From the IMG/VR virus record IMGVR_UViG_3300034157_000066: DNA of 64,000 nt. One strand, written 5' to 3'. This document shows, in pieces, positions 48,758 to 57,648 of this stretch; positions within the stretch are counted from its first letter, which is position 1, and every line of letters begins with the position of its first letter. Both the position numbers and the translations under genes were made by a program. Below the pieces are notes generated by a model that was not told the DNA's origin, did not search any database, and worked only from the letters and a program-made list of their open reading frames with translations. This DNA comes from a virus. Lineage: Duplodnaviria; Heunggongvirae; Uroviricota; Caudoviricetes.

Positions 48758-49315
48758 ATGTTGAACAAAGCAGTAACCCAAAAAAGCAAATTCGTCTCCT
48801 ACATCTTGCGACATGGTGCAGTAGAGGCTGGCGTGCCTATTGATAAAGAAGGCTGGGTGTTGGTGTCTGACCTGCTTGCAGCGTCTGTAAAAGCTAAACA
48901 GGCTATCACCACCGAAGAACTCGCATTCATTGTCGAGAACAACAACAAGAAACGTTTTTCCTACTCGGCTGACGGCTTGTCTATTCGTGCTAGCCAAGGC
49001 CATTCCAGTGAAAGCGTCGATATTACGTTCGAACCCAAAGAACCGCCAAAATCGCTGTTCCACGGCACCACAGTGGCCTTTGTTGATGTCATCATGGCCG
49101 AAGGTCTGAAAAAGATGAACCGTCACTATGTCCATCTGTCATTGAACATTGAAACCGCTATCAATGTGGGCAGTCGGCACGGGAAGGTTGCTATGCTTCA
49201 AGTTAATGCTGCACAGATGCAAAAGGATGGATTCTCGTTCTACTGCTCTGAAAACGATGTCTGGTTGACCGATAACGTCCCTGCTCGCTACATTGAGCTT
49301 GTTGAATTGAAGTAA
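48758..49315 (+). CDS. kptA: RNA 2'-phosphotransferase (Tpt1/KptA)
   Basis: SKFVSYILRH, KKRF, IRASQGHS, LFHGT, R.YVHLS, VGSRHG, VWLT..VP. Confidence 0.95.
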   Translation: MLNKAVTQKSKFVSYILRHGAVEAGVPIDKEGWVLVSDLLAASVKAKQAITTEELAFIVENNNKKRFSYSADGLSIRASQGHSSESVDITFEPKEPPKSLFHGTTVAFVDVIMAEGLKKMNRHYVHLSLNIETAINVGSRHGKVAMLQVNAAQMQKDGFSFYCSENDVWLTDNVPARYIELVELK

Positions 49316-49443
49316 ACACCTAAGCACTGTTCAGACCAAGAGCCTCTTCGGAGGCTTTTTCATTTATTTTAAAATAAACCTTGCTCATAAATCTGTTTTT
49401 CATTATAATAACACCATCGAAACGAAATACAGGAAGCGACCCC

Positions 49444-49758
49444 ATGAGCCAGACCATTACTCAAAACACTCTGTTCACTCGTCAGGATTACATGGCTGAC
49501 AAATGCACCCATGAACAATACTACGCTCAGTTCATCAATGATGCGGGTATCGAGATGGTTAAAAAGAGCCAAGCTTACAAAACCCTGATCAAAAAAGGCT
49601 CCAAAGATGTTTCGATGGTCGAGGTTGGCGTGTGGGATCTCATCGGCACCGCTGGTGAATCCGTAAACCTGATGAAAACTCTGGGTGATAATTGGTCGTT
49701 GGCTGGGGCTGTCTGCATCAATAAAGCTATTGCTCGCCAATTGCTTGAAGCTGCATAA
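49444..49758 (+). CDS. hypothetical protein, paralog of 56250
   Basis: R..Y...KCT...YYAQFI..LGD.WSLA..V.INK.IA. Confidence 0.8.
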   Translation: MSQTITQNTLFTRQDYMADKCTHEQYYAQFINDAGIEMVKKSQAYKTLIKKGSKDVSMVEVGVWDLIGTAGESVNLMKTLGDNWSLAGAVCINKAIARQLLEAA

Positions 49759-49859
49759 CAAGTTCACGAACCATAAAACTAAGGGCTTCGGCCCTTTTTT
49801 GTTGCCTTAAATATCGTAGTGCGTTATAATGGGCCATCACAAACGAAATGGTGAACATC

Positions 49860-50021
49860 ATGAGTTTTGTCATCACAGAGTTCAGCAAAGCCCCTAAACA
49901 CTATTCCATCTCTCAAAAAATCGAAAATGCTGCAGGGTTTACTTGGAAAGAAGTCGCCACTGTAAAACAACGTTCGACGGCTTTCTTTTTAATCTCACTC
50001 ATTGAGAAAATGTCCCGATAG
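49860..50021 (+). CDS. 53-aa hypothetical protein
   Basis: between promoter and terminator. Confidence 0.55.
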   Translation: MSFVITEFSKAPKHYSISQKIENAAGFTWKEVATVKQRSTAFFLISLIEKMSR

Positions 50022-50154
50022 TTCAACAATAAAACAGATTAAAGGGCTTCGGCCCTTTGTTTTATATTATTACCATAATTTATAAAACGTTAAAACTTCC
50101 CTTTTATTCTATTCATTTCATGTTATCATTATAATAATAATAACAATAAAAAAC

Positions 50155-51819
50155 ATGAAAAAAGCCATAAAAAACTCTCAAAAAGGGTTAACCCTTGTCG
50201 AAACACTTCTATCTTTATCAATAGTAATTGCCATTGTCATTAGTTTTCTATATTGGTACTTGGAACAAAAAAGAGAACAGCAAGCAACTATTTTTGGAAA
50301 GGAAGTTGTCTCTATTATATCTGCATTTGACAATCGCGTTCATATAGATGGTTTGGATATTGATAATTTCAAAAATGGTCATGAATGGAATGGTTCTTCT
50401 GCTTTTCTTAATATGCTGAATACTGAATTTATTGCTAAGAACTCTTCTTGTGGTCAGCCCAATAATTGGGTGCCAGTCTTAGAAAAAGAAAAATCTATAA
50501 AATTAGTTCCTTGTGATTTTTGGACGAAAGTACCATATCAATTCATTATAAATTCAAAAATAATACCCGATGATGATGGGTTTATAAAAAAGTTCATCGT
50601 CAGCTTCCAATCGAAAAATGAAGCATCTTTTTTAGAAAATTTCCGATTCTATAATCTTGCAAAAATGACTGCAAATGCTAATAACTCGTTAAATATAACA
50701 GGCAGTCATCAATTCTATTTTGCTGATATTACTGATCCCACTATTAATATATCTAATTCAAAATGTATTAGCTTAAAAGCTGATTGTATATTAGTCGCTG
50801 CTTATGATCGTAATGGTGGAAATGAATATTTAAGAGTTGATGGAACTAACTCAATTATAGGATCGGCGGTTACGTTTAAAGATACAAAAACAACTGATCG
50901 ACTTCAATGTATTAAATGGGAAAAGAATGTAAGTGGTAATTTATGGGAATCTAAATCAGTTGATTGTGGTATTGGTATACATAAAGAAACAAATTCTCCA
51001 GTTGCTGTTGATATCGCAATCAGTTCATCTACACATGAACGTATAATGTTAGATAGATTATGCCCAGTCTTCAAAAATACACCAGATTCTTTAATTGAAA
51101 CCATTCAAAAAACACCTTGTGGTCTATTCCCGCAAGATGACAATGGAATAGAAGTAGCTTATCAGGTTATAGATACTGTATCAGCAGGCAAAGGTTTAAT
51201 TAAAACACTCTACACTAGCACTGTATTTTCGGATGAAGTTAATACCAACTATATGAATGTGAAAAAAGATTTAGCCGTTTTAGGAAATTCTGTTATGGAT
51301 GGCACTTTAACAGTAAAGGGCACTGGTCAATTTGACAATAATATTAATTTAACTAAAGTTGAAATTGCTGGTAAAGCTTGTGCTACTGATGGCTTATTAT
51401 CCAGAGACGTTAAAGGATCAATCTTAACTTGCACATCAAAATTATGGAGATCCGCAGAAGAAACAAAAATTCAAAGTGGTCGTAATTATACTCTGACTTG
51501 TGGTTCTTATTGGATGAATGCAGGCCAAAAAATTTGTGGTTCAATGCCTTATGTTGACATTGTTTTCAAGGATGAAATGCCCACAATACCCCATATTATT
51601 GCAAGTGCAGAATCTCTTTTTCCTTATACACCATGTGCGTCTGGGGCTATGGATGCTATTGACCATGTAATCAGCAATGTGACTACAAAAGGATTTCGCC
51701 TGTATGGTGGTGCTAGTCCAATTTCAGCATCTTCTGATTCTTGTGGTGATCCAGCAGTACACGGAAGAGCCGTTAGTTTATTTTCATGGATGGCAGTGGC
51801 TAAAACGGCTTCGTTTTAG
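50155..51819 (+). CDS. PilV-like type IV pilus tip adhesin 2
   Basis: NSQKG|LTLVE; body paralogous to 40920; tip IQSG..I.F....P.I..NVTTKGF..SWMA (H-type-lectin/tail-fibre-like). Confidence 0.8.
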   Translation: MKKAIKNSQKGLTLVETLLSLSIVIAIVISFLYWYLEQKREQQATIFGKEVVSIISAFDNRVHIDGLDIDNFKNGHEWNGSSAFLNMLNTEFIAKNSSCGQPNNWVPVLEKEKSIKLVPCDFWTKVPYQFIINSKIIPDDDGFIKKFIVSFQSKNEASFLENFRFYNLAKMTANANNSLNITGSHQFYFADITDPTINISNSKCISLKADCILVAAYDRNGGNEYLRVDGTNSIIGSAVTFKDTKTTDRLQCIKWEKNVSGNLWESKSVDCGIGIHKETNSPVAVDIAISSSTHERIMLDRLCPVFKNTPDSLIETIQKTPCGLFPQDDNGIEVAYQVIDTVSAGKGLIKTLYTSTVFSDEVNTNYMNVKKDLAVLGNSVMDGTLTVKGTGQFDNNINLTKVEIAGKACATDGLLSRDVKGSILTCTSKLWRSAEETKIQSGRNYTLTCGSYWMNAGQKICGSMPYVDIVFKDEMPTIPHIIASAESLFPYTPCASGAMDAIDHVISNVTTKGFRLYGGASPISASSDSCGDPAVHGRAVSLFSWMAVAKTASF

Positions 51820-51897
51820 TATTATAGTTATATTGAATTATTTTGTTGATATTCACTGTTAATTGTTATATAATCCCGAAATCTTCGAGGGCTATTT

Positions 51898-52983
51898 ATG
51901 ACTATTAATAAACAACAAGAATTTGATACATTTGTTCAAAAATTTGTATCTGATAACTGGGACACCCTTTCTACTGGTAAAAAGTATCGAAACCTTTTTT
52001 CTAATGATCGAGACGGCGGTTTGAACTATATGCCAGATCGCAATGAATCTCCAGAACCCACTTATATCGGAAACTCAAAACAATTTGAACAATTATTGAA
52101 TGAGTTTTTCGATAAGTTCATTTTAATTGATGGTCTTGTTTTTGATCTAAATGGTCATTTCTCTGCTATTAATGGTCGAACATTGGTTGATGTGATGGAC
52201 ACTGCAGCCGATGAACAGAAATATTCAGCACGCTATTTTCGACGTGAAAACCTTCTCAGGCACTTTTCTCAAATGCTGTTGTCAGACATTTTTACGGCCT
52301 TCATTCAGGTACGTGACCAATTGGCAAGTCCGGTCTATTACCGTATGTTTGCTTATGACGACAATCTAATTGAAATAAAAGCAGGCACCTCTTGTCCCAT
52401 GTGTGATGAATATGTGGCTATCATGATCAATTATGAAACCAATACTATTGTTCCCCATCTTGAAGCGTCACCCTGCAAGTTACCTAAGTCAGCTACCCGA
52501 GTTTCAGTCACCTTAAAAAGCCCTTCTGGTAAGTTGGTCTTTCTTAATGACCCGAGAGAGTTCTTTAAAGAAGAAAGATCCGACCAATATGAAACGTCTA
52601 TTAATTCAACATTAGGGTGTATCGAAGAAACTAAATTTCATGCAAAACATAATATTGGTTATTTCTTTATTGGCAATACCGTTGCTGACATCATTCAAAA
52701 GAAAGGTGAAGTACTGACACTTTGTTATAATGATGAAGATGATAAACAAGTGGCTAAATATAAAGACTATAAACACAAAGGTGATATCTGCACAGGACTT
52801 TGGTGGTATACAGTTCTTGATTATGACCTCTATCTTAAACTGTGTGAAGCACAAGAAGTTAATCCCGACTCTATTAAACATACTGTTGTGACGATTAAGG
52901 CATTGAAGTATAAAGTTAGCCATAGTTTAGCCGCTCATTTAAAAGGACATCATACTGGTGTTTATTCAAAAATAACTTATTGA
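51898..52983 (+). CDS. hypothetical protein with CxxC, paralog of 54182
   Basis: CP.C.EY, SPSGKLVFLNDPR, GYFFIGN, CTGLWWY. Confidence 0.8.
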   Translation: MTINKQQEFDTFVQKFVSDNWDTLSTGKKYRNLFSNDRDGGLNYMPDRNESPEPTYIGNSKQFEQLLNEFFDKFILIDGLVFDLNGHFSAINGRTLVDVMDTAADEQKYSARYFRRENLLRHFSQMLLSDIFTAFIQVRDQLASPVYYRMFAYDDNLIEIKAGTSCPMCDEYVAIMINYETNTIVPHLEASPCKLPKSATRVSVTLKSPSGKLVFLNDPREFFKEERSDQYETSINSTLGCIEETKFHAKHNIGYFFIGNTVADIIQKKGEVLTLCYNDEDDKQVAKYKDYKHKGDICTGLWWYTVLDYDLYLKLCEAQEVNPDSIKHTVVTIKALKYKVSHSLAAHLKGHHTGVYSKITY

Positions 52984-53139
52984 TACGTTAGTTTGTTTAT
53001 ATAACTAAGAGCTTCGGCTCTTTTTTATTGCCTGTTATATTCATTATTTGGAATAGTATTATAATAAGTTCGTTATTTGTTAAATTAAAGACGAAAAAAA
53101 AGGCTGCTAGTTAAGCAACCTTTCTTTACTGAGTGTTTC

Positions 53140-54021
53140 TTAGTTGTTGAGAATTCGGCCCAACTTAGTAAACTCAACATCGTAATCTTTTTTCTTTATA
53201 TCCGCTTCAATTTTTTCATAGTTGTTAAAGACTTCTTTATTGGTAATAACCATCACAGCCTTGTCATACTTATAATTATAAATAATTCGCTCAGCCATAC
53301 TCGATTTATAAACGTTGATAGCGATGACAGTTTCATCTTTTGCATACAATGGGCTTTCTTGGAAGTAACCGAAAAGGCTCTCATACGAATACCCTTTATT
53401 TTTCAAAGCTGTTTTATATTCGTTCACCACGTAGTCGATTTTACCAGCATCACCAGCAGACTTGGTGTTTGTTACCAGTTCGGCTTTCATGACATAGCCA
53501 TGACCATAGGTATACCGAATATCGTATGTAGAATCAAAATCACCTACTGCAAATTCAGTGTATGGACTGTCTTTCACATTAATATTCACCAAAATACCAT
53601 TTTTGTAAAAGGTCATCTTGTTGATCGTAGCTGGATTAGCAAACCCTCTTTTCGTCGCATCAGGATTTTCTTCACTTTTTACATCATTTCCAAGTCCATT
53701 ATAATATTTTGTACGATAATCCCGTGCATCTTTATGATCAACGATGAAGTAGCTGATATACCGCAGACTCATTTTTGGAACGAAGATTTCAAGTTCATCT
53801 TTTTCCCCCACCTGCGTTGTCAGCACATCAACAGATGGCGGCACATTTTTGTCATAGTCATAGTCTTTCAAAGGATCTACGTCATTGACTTCTTTAAACA
53901 GTTCAAAGGTTCCGACAGCCACTTCAGAAACGGCTTTCATCGTTTCTTTTGGGTCAGATGCCAGTGTAACCGACGACATCAACACAGCACCCATCAACAA
54001 GCCCAGTTTAATTCGTTTCAT
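53140..54021 (-). CDS. secreted protein
   Basis: Sec signal ..SVTLA|SD; sits between the two paralogs. Confidence 0.75.
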   Translation of the reverse strand: MKRIKLGLLMGAVLMSSVTLASDPKETMKAVSEVAVGTFELFKEVNDVDPLKDYDYDKNVPPSVDVLTTQVGEKDELEIFVPKMSLRYISYFIVDHKDARDYRTKYYNGLGNDVKSEENPDATKRGFANPATINKMTFYKNGILVNINVKDSPYTEFAVGDFDSTYDIRYTYGHGYVMKAELVTNTKSAGDAGKIDYVVNEYKTALKNKGYSYESLFGYFQESPLYAKDETVIAINVYKSSMAERIIYNYKYDKAVMVITNKEVFNNYEKIEADIKKKDYDVEFTKLGRILNN

Positions 54022-54181
54022 GTAGATTTTCTCCACCGCTCTATTAATGATGGCCCATTTTATCATTAAAAATAGCGTATGGCTAGAATTTATAAAGTTT
54101 TTTACTTTTTGAATAGTATTATAATCTTGTTGATATTCTGTCTAGTTTCCTTTATAATCCCGAAATCTTAGAGGACTCATT

Positions 54182-55237
54182 ATGTCAATAACAATGGTGG
54201 AAAAATATGATGCTTTATTAAAGCAGTTTGTGACGAACAACATGGCTACTTTACTGGCTAGTAGACGATATAAAGAGCCAAAAGATGGTAAAGCAGAATA
54301 TGCCCTTCATTACTTGCCTGAACACAATAAAACACCTGATCCCGGTTTTATCGGTGAGACACCTCAGTTTAACGAACTTCTTGAAACTTTTATTGACACT
54401 TTTATTAATCTTGAAACTATCTCCTTCCAAATGCAAGGACACTTTCCTGAGTTAAATGGGCGTTCTGTTGCTTATGTTATCGAGAATGTTCGTTCTTATA
54501 AGCGAGATATTATTCGCTTTGAATATGAATATAAATTACTGCTTGACGTATTCCATGCTTTCTTGGGTATTCGTGATAATACTAAAATTAATTATTTCAT
54601 GTTTAGTTATGGACATAATCAAATTGAGTTCCAAAGCACACTTGGCTGTCCATCTTGTAATGAATACTTATCCATGATTATTGATTACGATAAAATGGGC
54701 GTTGTTTCACTTATCAAAAAACCAGATTGTCCATTAGCTGCAGCTCCAAAAAATGTGGTGGTTGAACTTAAATCACCTTCTGGTAAGTTGGTGTTTCTTA
54801 ATGACCCTCGACAGTTCTTGAAAATTGAACGTGATAACAGATATAAAGTCTCTATTAATTCAACAATGGGTTGTCTTCAAGAAACAGAAGCTTATGCCGA
54901 ACAGAATGTGGGCTATTTCTTTATTGGTAACTGTATGCCTTATATATTCCAGAAAGGCAATGAAATTCTATTCAGCTCTTTCAATGAAGAAAGCGATGAG
55001 GATATCGAACATTTTAAAGAGTATGAAGAACTGGGTTACGTGTGTACCGGCCTCTGGTGGTATTCAATCCTTGACCATCAATTGTTCTTAGACCTTTGTG
55101 CCAGTAAGGGCGTTAACCCGGCTTCTATTGAACATACTGTGGCGATCACCAATAAAGAAACCTTCACCGTTGATCATGACATGACCGCACACAAAGAAGG
55201 ACATTTTTCTGGAACGTATTCAACAATAACCTACTAA
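54182..55237 (+). CDS. hypothetical protein with CxxC, paralog of 51898
   Basis: same motifs; duplicated promoter TTGTTGATATTC..TATAATCCCGAAATCTT. Confidence 0.8.
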   Translation: MSITMVEKYDALLKQFVTNNMATLLASRRYKEPKDGKAEYALHYLPEHNKTPDPGFIGETPQFNELLETFIDTFINLETISFQMQGHFPELNGRSVAYVIENVRSYKRDIIRFEYEYKLLLDVFHAFLGIRDNTKINYFMFSYGHNQIEFQSTLGCPSCNEYLSMIIDYDKMGVVSLIKKPDCPLAAAPKNVVVELKSPSGKLVFLNDPRQFLKIERDNRYKVSINSTMGCLQETEAYAEQNVGYFFIGNCMPYIFQKGNEILFSSFNEESDEDIEHFKEYEELGYVCTGLWWYSILDHQLFLDLCASKGVNPASIEHTVAITNKETFTVDHDMTAHKEGHFSGTYSTITY

Positions 55238-55412
55238 TCAGTAAGGCTTTTATAAATGGGGCTTCGGCTCCATTTTTTTGCTTATAAAATGACAACCCGT
55301 TCTCATCAATATTACAATTCCCCACTTTTCCCCCTCATTTGGGTAAATTCCCCTTGTTTTGGTGGTGGCACTTTGTTATAATCATCACACACAAACAGAC
55401 AGAGATAAACAA

Positions 55413-56126
55413 ATGTTCAAGAAAGCCATTATCGTTGCAGTTGCCAGCTTGATTGTAGGTTGTTCGGCAAACGGTGTAAAAGCCCCAGTCAATGTTGATG
55501 TGAAAGCATCTGTTAATGGCCTTCAAAATTTTAACGTGGCTGAAAACAAAAGCCTAACTGTTTCCGGTAAAGAACTTCAGTTCATCACCTTCTACAAGAA
55601 GACTGAAACCGTTGTTGTTGAAAACGGTAAGAAGTTCAAAGACACTTTGGAAGATTTCGGTAGTGGCGTTCAGTGGAATGAAGATTATGTCGTCACTGCC
55701 AAACACGTTAACTTTGCAGACAACTCTGCTTACAAGTGCCGTGAAGGGTGCGATATTCAGTTTGTTAAGCGTAAAGCCACTGTTGCTGCACCAGTATGGC
55801 GGGATGTGGTAGCTCTGGAACAAATCACCTTCGTGGGTGTTGACCAGACGAATACCCTGCAAGCAAAAACGGGCAGCGACATTGATATGCAAACCACCAC
55901 TTCTTCTAACCACTCAGTTAAAGTTCATGTAGTGTCAGTTCCAACTGTTGGCGGTATGTCCGGTGGCCCAGCTTACGCGAAAGATGGTTCGGTGGTTGGT
56001 GTGCTGACTGGTAGTGTTACCCTTGGCAAGAACCCTACTGAAATGGGTGTCTTTGTTCCTTACGAGACTATCAAATCTGAATGGGATAAGTTCCAAGCCC
56101 AACAAGCTCAGGTCGCTATGAAATAA
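55413..56126 (+). CDS. lipoprotein trypsin-like serine protease
   Basis: IVG-C lipobox; VTAKH, CDIQF, GMSGGP catalytic triad motifs. Confidence 0.85.
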   Translation: MFKKAIIVAVASLIVGCSANGVKAPVNVDVKASVNGLQNFNVAENKSLTVSGKELQFITFYKKTETVVVENGKKFKDTLEDFGSGVQWNEDYVVTAKHVNFADNSAYKCREGCDIQFVKRKATVAAPVWRDVVALEQITFVGVDQTNTLQAKTGSDIDMQTTTSSNHSVKVHVVSVPTVGGMSGGPAYAKDGSVVGVLTGSVTLGKNPTEMGVFVPYETIKSEWDKFQAQQAQVAMK

Positions 56127-56249
56127 CGAATACTCATTAAACAGACCGCCTTCGGGCGGTTTTTTGTTGTTAATATTCTTGTTTTTGTTGCTTGCCATTG
56201 TGGTTTTTGTTATACTTGAACCATCAAAACGACATCAAGGAATTACGTC

Positions 56250-56567
56250 ATGACTACTGCTCAGACTCAAGTTTCCAAGTTTGATCGTGAACAATACCTC
56301 AATGGCAAATGCACACCTGCCGACTACTACGCACAGTTCATCACACCGACTGGTGTTGCGTTGGTTGAACGTAGTCCCATCTTTCAAACTCTCAAAAACA
56401 CTGAAGTCAAAAAACTTACCGATCTTCCTTTGATGGGTTGGAACGGTATTGGTTCCGCATCGGATGCTTGCCGGTTGCTGACTGAACTTGGCGATCACTG
56501 GTCGTTGGCGACATCGGTTGTCATTAATAAAACAATTGCAGCTCATCTTCTGGGTATTAAATTCTAA
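56250..56567 (+). CDS. hypothetical protein, paralog of 49444
   Basis: see 49444. Confidence 0.8.
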   Translation: MTTAQTQVSKFDREQYLNGKCTPADYYAQFITPTGVALVERSPIFQTLKNTEVKKLTDLPLMGWNGIGSASDACRLLTELGDHWSLATSVVINKTIAAHLLGIKF

Positions 56568-56675
56568 TTGTTTTCATTTGAATGGATGGGTTTTTATACT
56601 CCATCTTTTTCTTTTTTTCTTGCCTTATTATGTGTTTAGTATTATAATACGTTATCACTTAAAGGAGATTCCACT

Positions 56676-56906
56676 ATGTATCTTGCCAACATGACTATCT
56701 TGAATGGTGTTGCTTCGGAATCTGGCCGTGTTCCTGATGTCGAGTTGAATATCTATAAAAATGACAAAGACGAACTCGAAGTCATTGAGTTCATCACCCG
56801 CGATGGTAGCGGCCTTGGTAATAATCCACAAATCTTGATCCCTGTTTCAGAGATCGACAATGTGATTGCCATGCTGCAACAAGTAAAAGCCCAACAATCC
56901 GCATAA
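56676..56906 (+). CDS. hypothetical protein
   Basis: AAGGAG SD. Confidence 0.7.
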   Translation: MYLANMTILNGVASESGRVPDVELNIYKNDKDELEVIEFITRDGSGLGNNPQILIPVSEIDNVIAMLQQVKAQQSA

Positions 56907-56915
56907 GGATTCATC

Positions 56916-57065
56916 ATGTATAACCTTGCTAATTTTCATGCCTACAACAATGAAATCTTGAAGCCTGATACTCAGGTTCTGTTGTGGTCGCGGGCAACTG
57001 GCTACTTCTTTACGACTGCCAGCGAAGTCTCTGGTCAACTGGTGGTTATCGCTGTTAGTGACTAA
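56916..57065 (+). CDS. 49-aa hypothetical protein
   Basis: AAGGA SD; MYNLANFHAYNNEILKPD.. Confidence 0.55.
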   Translation: MYNLANFHAYNNEILKPDTQVLLWSRATGYFFTTASEVSGQLVVIAVSD

Positions 57066-57139
57066 CCTCTTATCGGATGGAGCTTGATCGTTTTAGAGAT
57101 TTTTGATATAATCATGCTCTAACTCACAGAGGTATTCAC

Positions 57140-57415
57140 ATGTCCACAGCAGAAAATCAACCCCATATTGACATTGACCAAGTTATTCTTGATTTTCAGG
57201 CTAGCCATGTTGATTGCTCATTCCTGCAAGTCGTTCCAGAAGCCAAAATTTCCGCAAAAACTCAGGCTCTCTTGGATAAGGTCTTGGCTGACCCCAAGTT
57301 TGGTAACTTTTTGCACTCTGGTGAAAAATCAATCGGTTTTAATGCTTTTAAAGAAGCTTCTATCATTTTCAAACAAGCTTTTGAACGCACCCAGCACAGT
57401 CGAGGAAACCACTAA
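57140..57415 (+). CDS. hypothetical protein
   Basis: AGAGG SD. Confidence 0.7.
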   Translation: MSTAENQPHIDIDQVILDFQASHVDCSFLQVVPEAKISAKTQALLDKVLADPKFGNFLHSGEKSIGFNAFKEASIIFKQAFERTQHSRGNH

Positions 57416-57570
57416 TGTTCGGATTTCAGTTTTTCCGTTTTGACATCTATAAATTCAAGGGTGATCTTCAGTTTAACCAGAAATGGCGACCAACGATTGA
57501 CCCAAAAGAAACTGAAAAGAAACAACGCCTCTCGTATCAACGCCTGACTGGCACCTATAAGCCTTACTAA
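57415..57570 (+). CDS. 51-aa hypothetical protein
   Basis: GAGGA SD, TAATG overlap; MFGFQFFRFDIYKFKG.. Confidence 0.55.
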   Translation: MFGFQFFRFDIYKFKGDLQFNQKWRPTIDPKETEKKQRLSYQRLTGTYKPY

Positions 57571-57584
57571 ATTTTACATTTTTT

Positions 57585-57621
57585 GATTGCCAGTCTAATA
57601 GGGAACTGTTACACTGGCTTT
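57585..57621 (+). repeat. 37-bp promoter repeat, copy 1
   Basis: TTGCCA-17-TACACT with GCCAGT/ACTGGC arms; 3 mismatches vs 58696..58732. Confidence 0.9.
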
Positions 57622-57648
57622 CTGTTTTATTGTGAAAGGTATTTTTAC

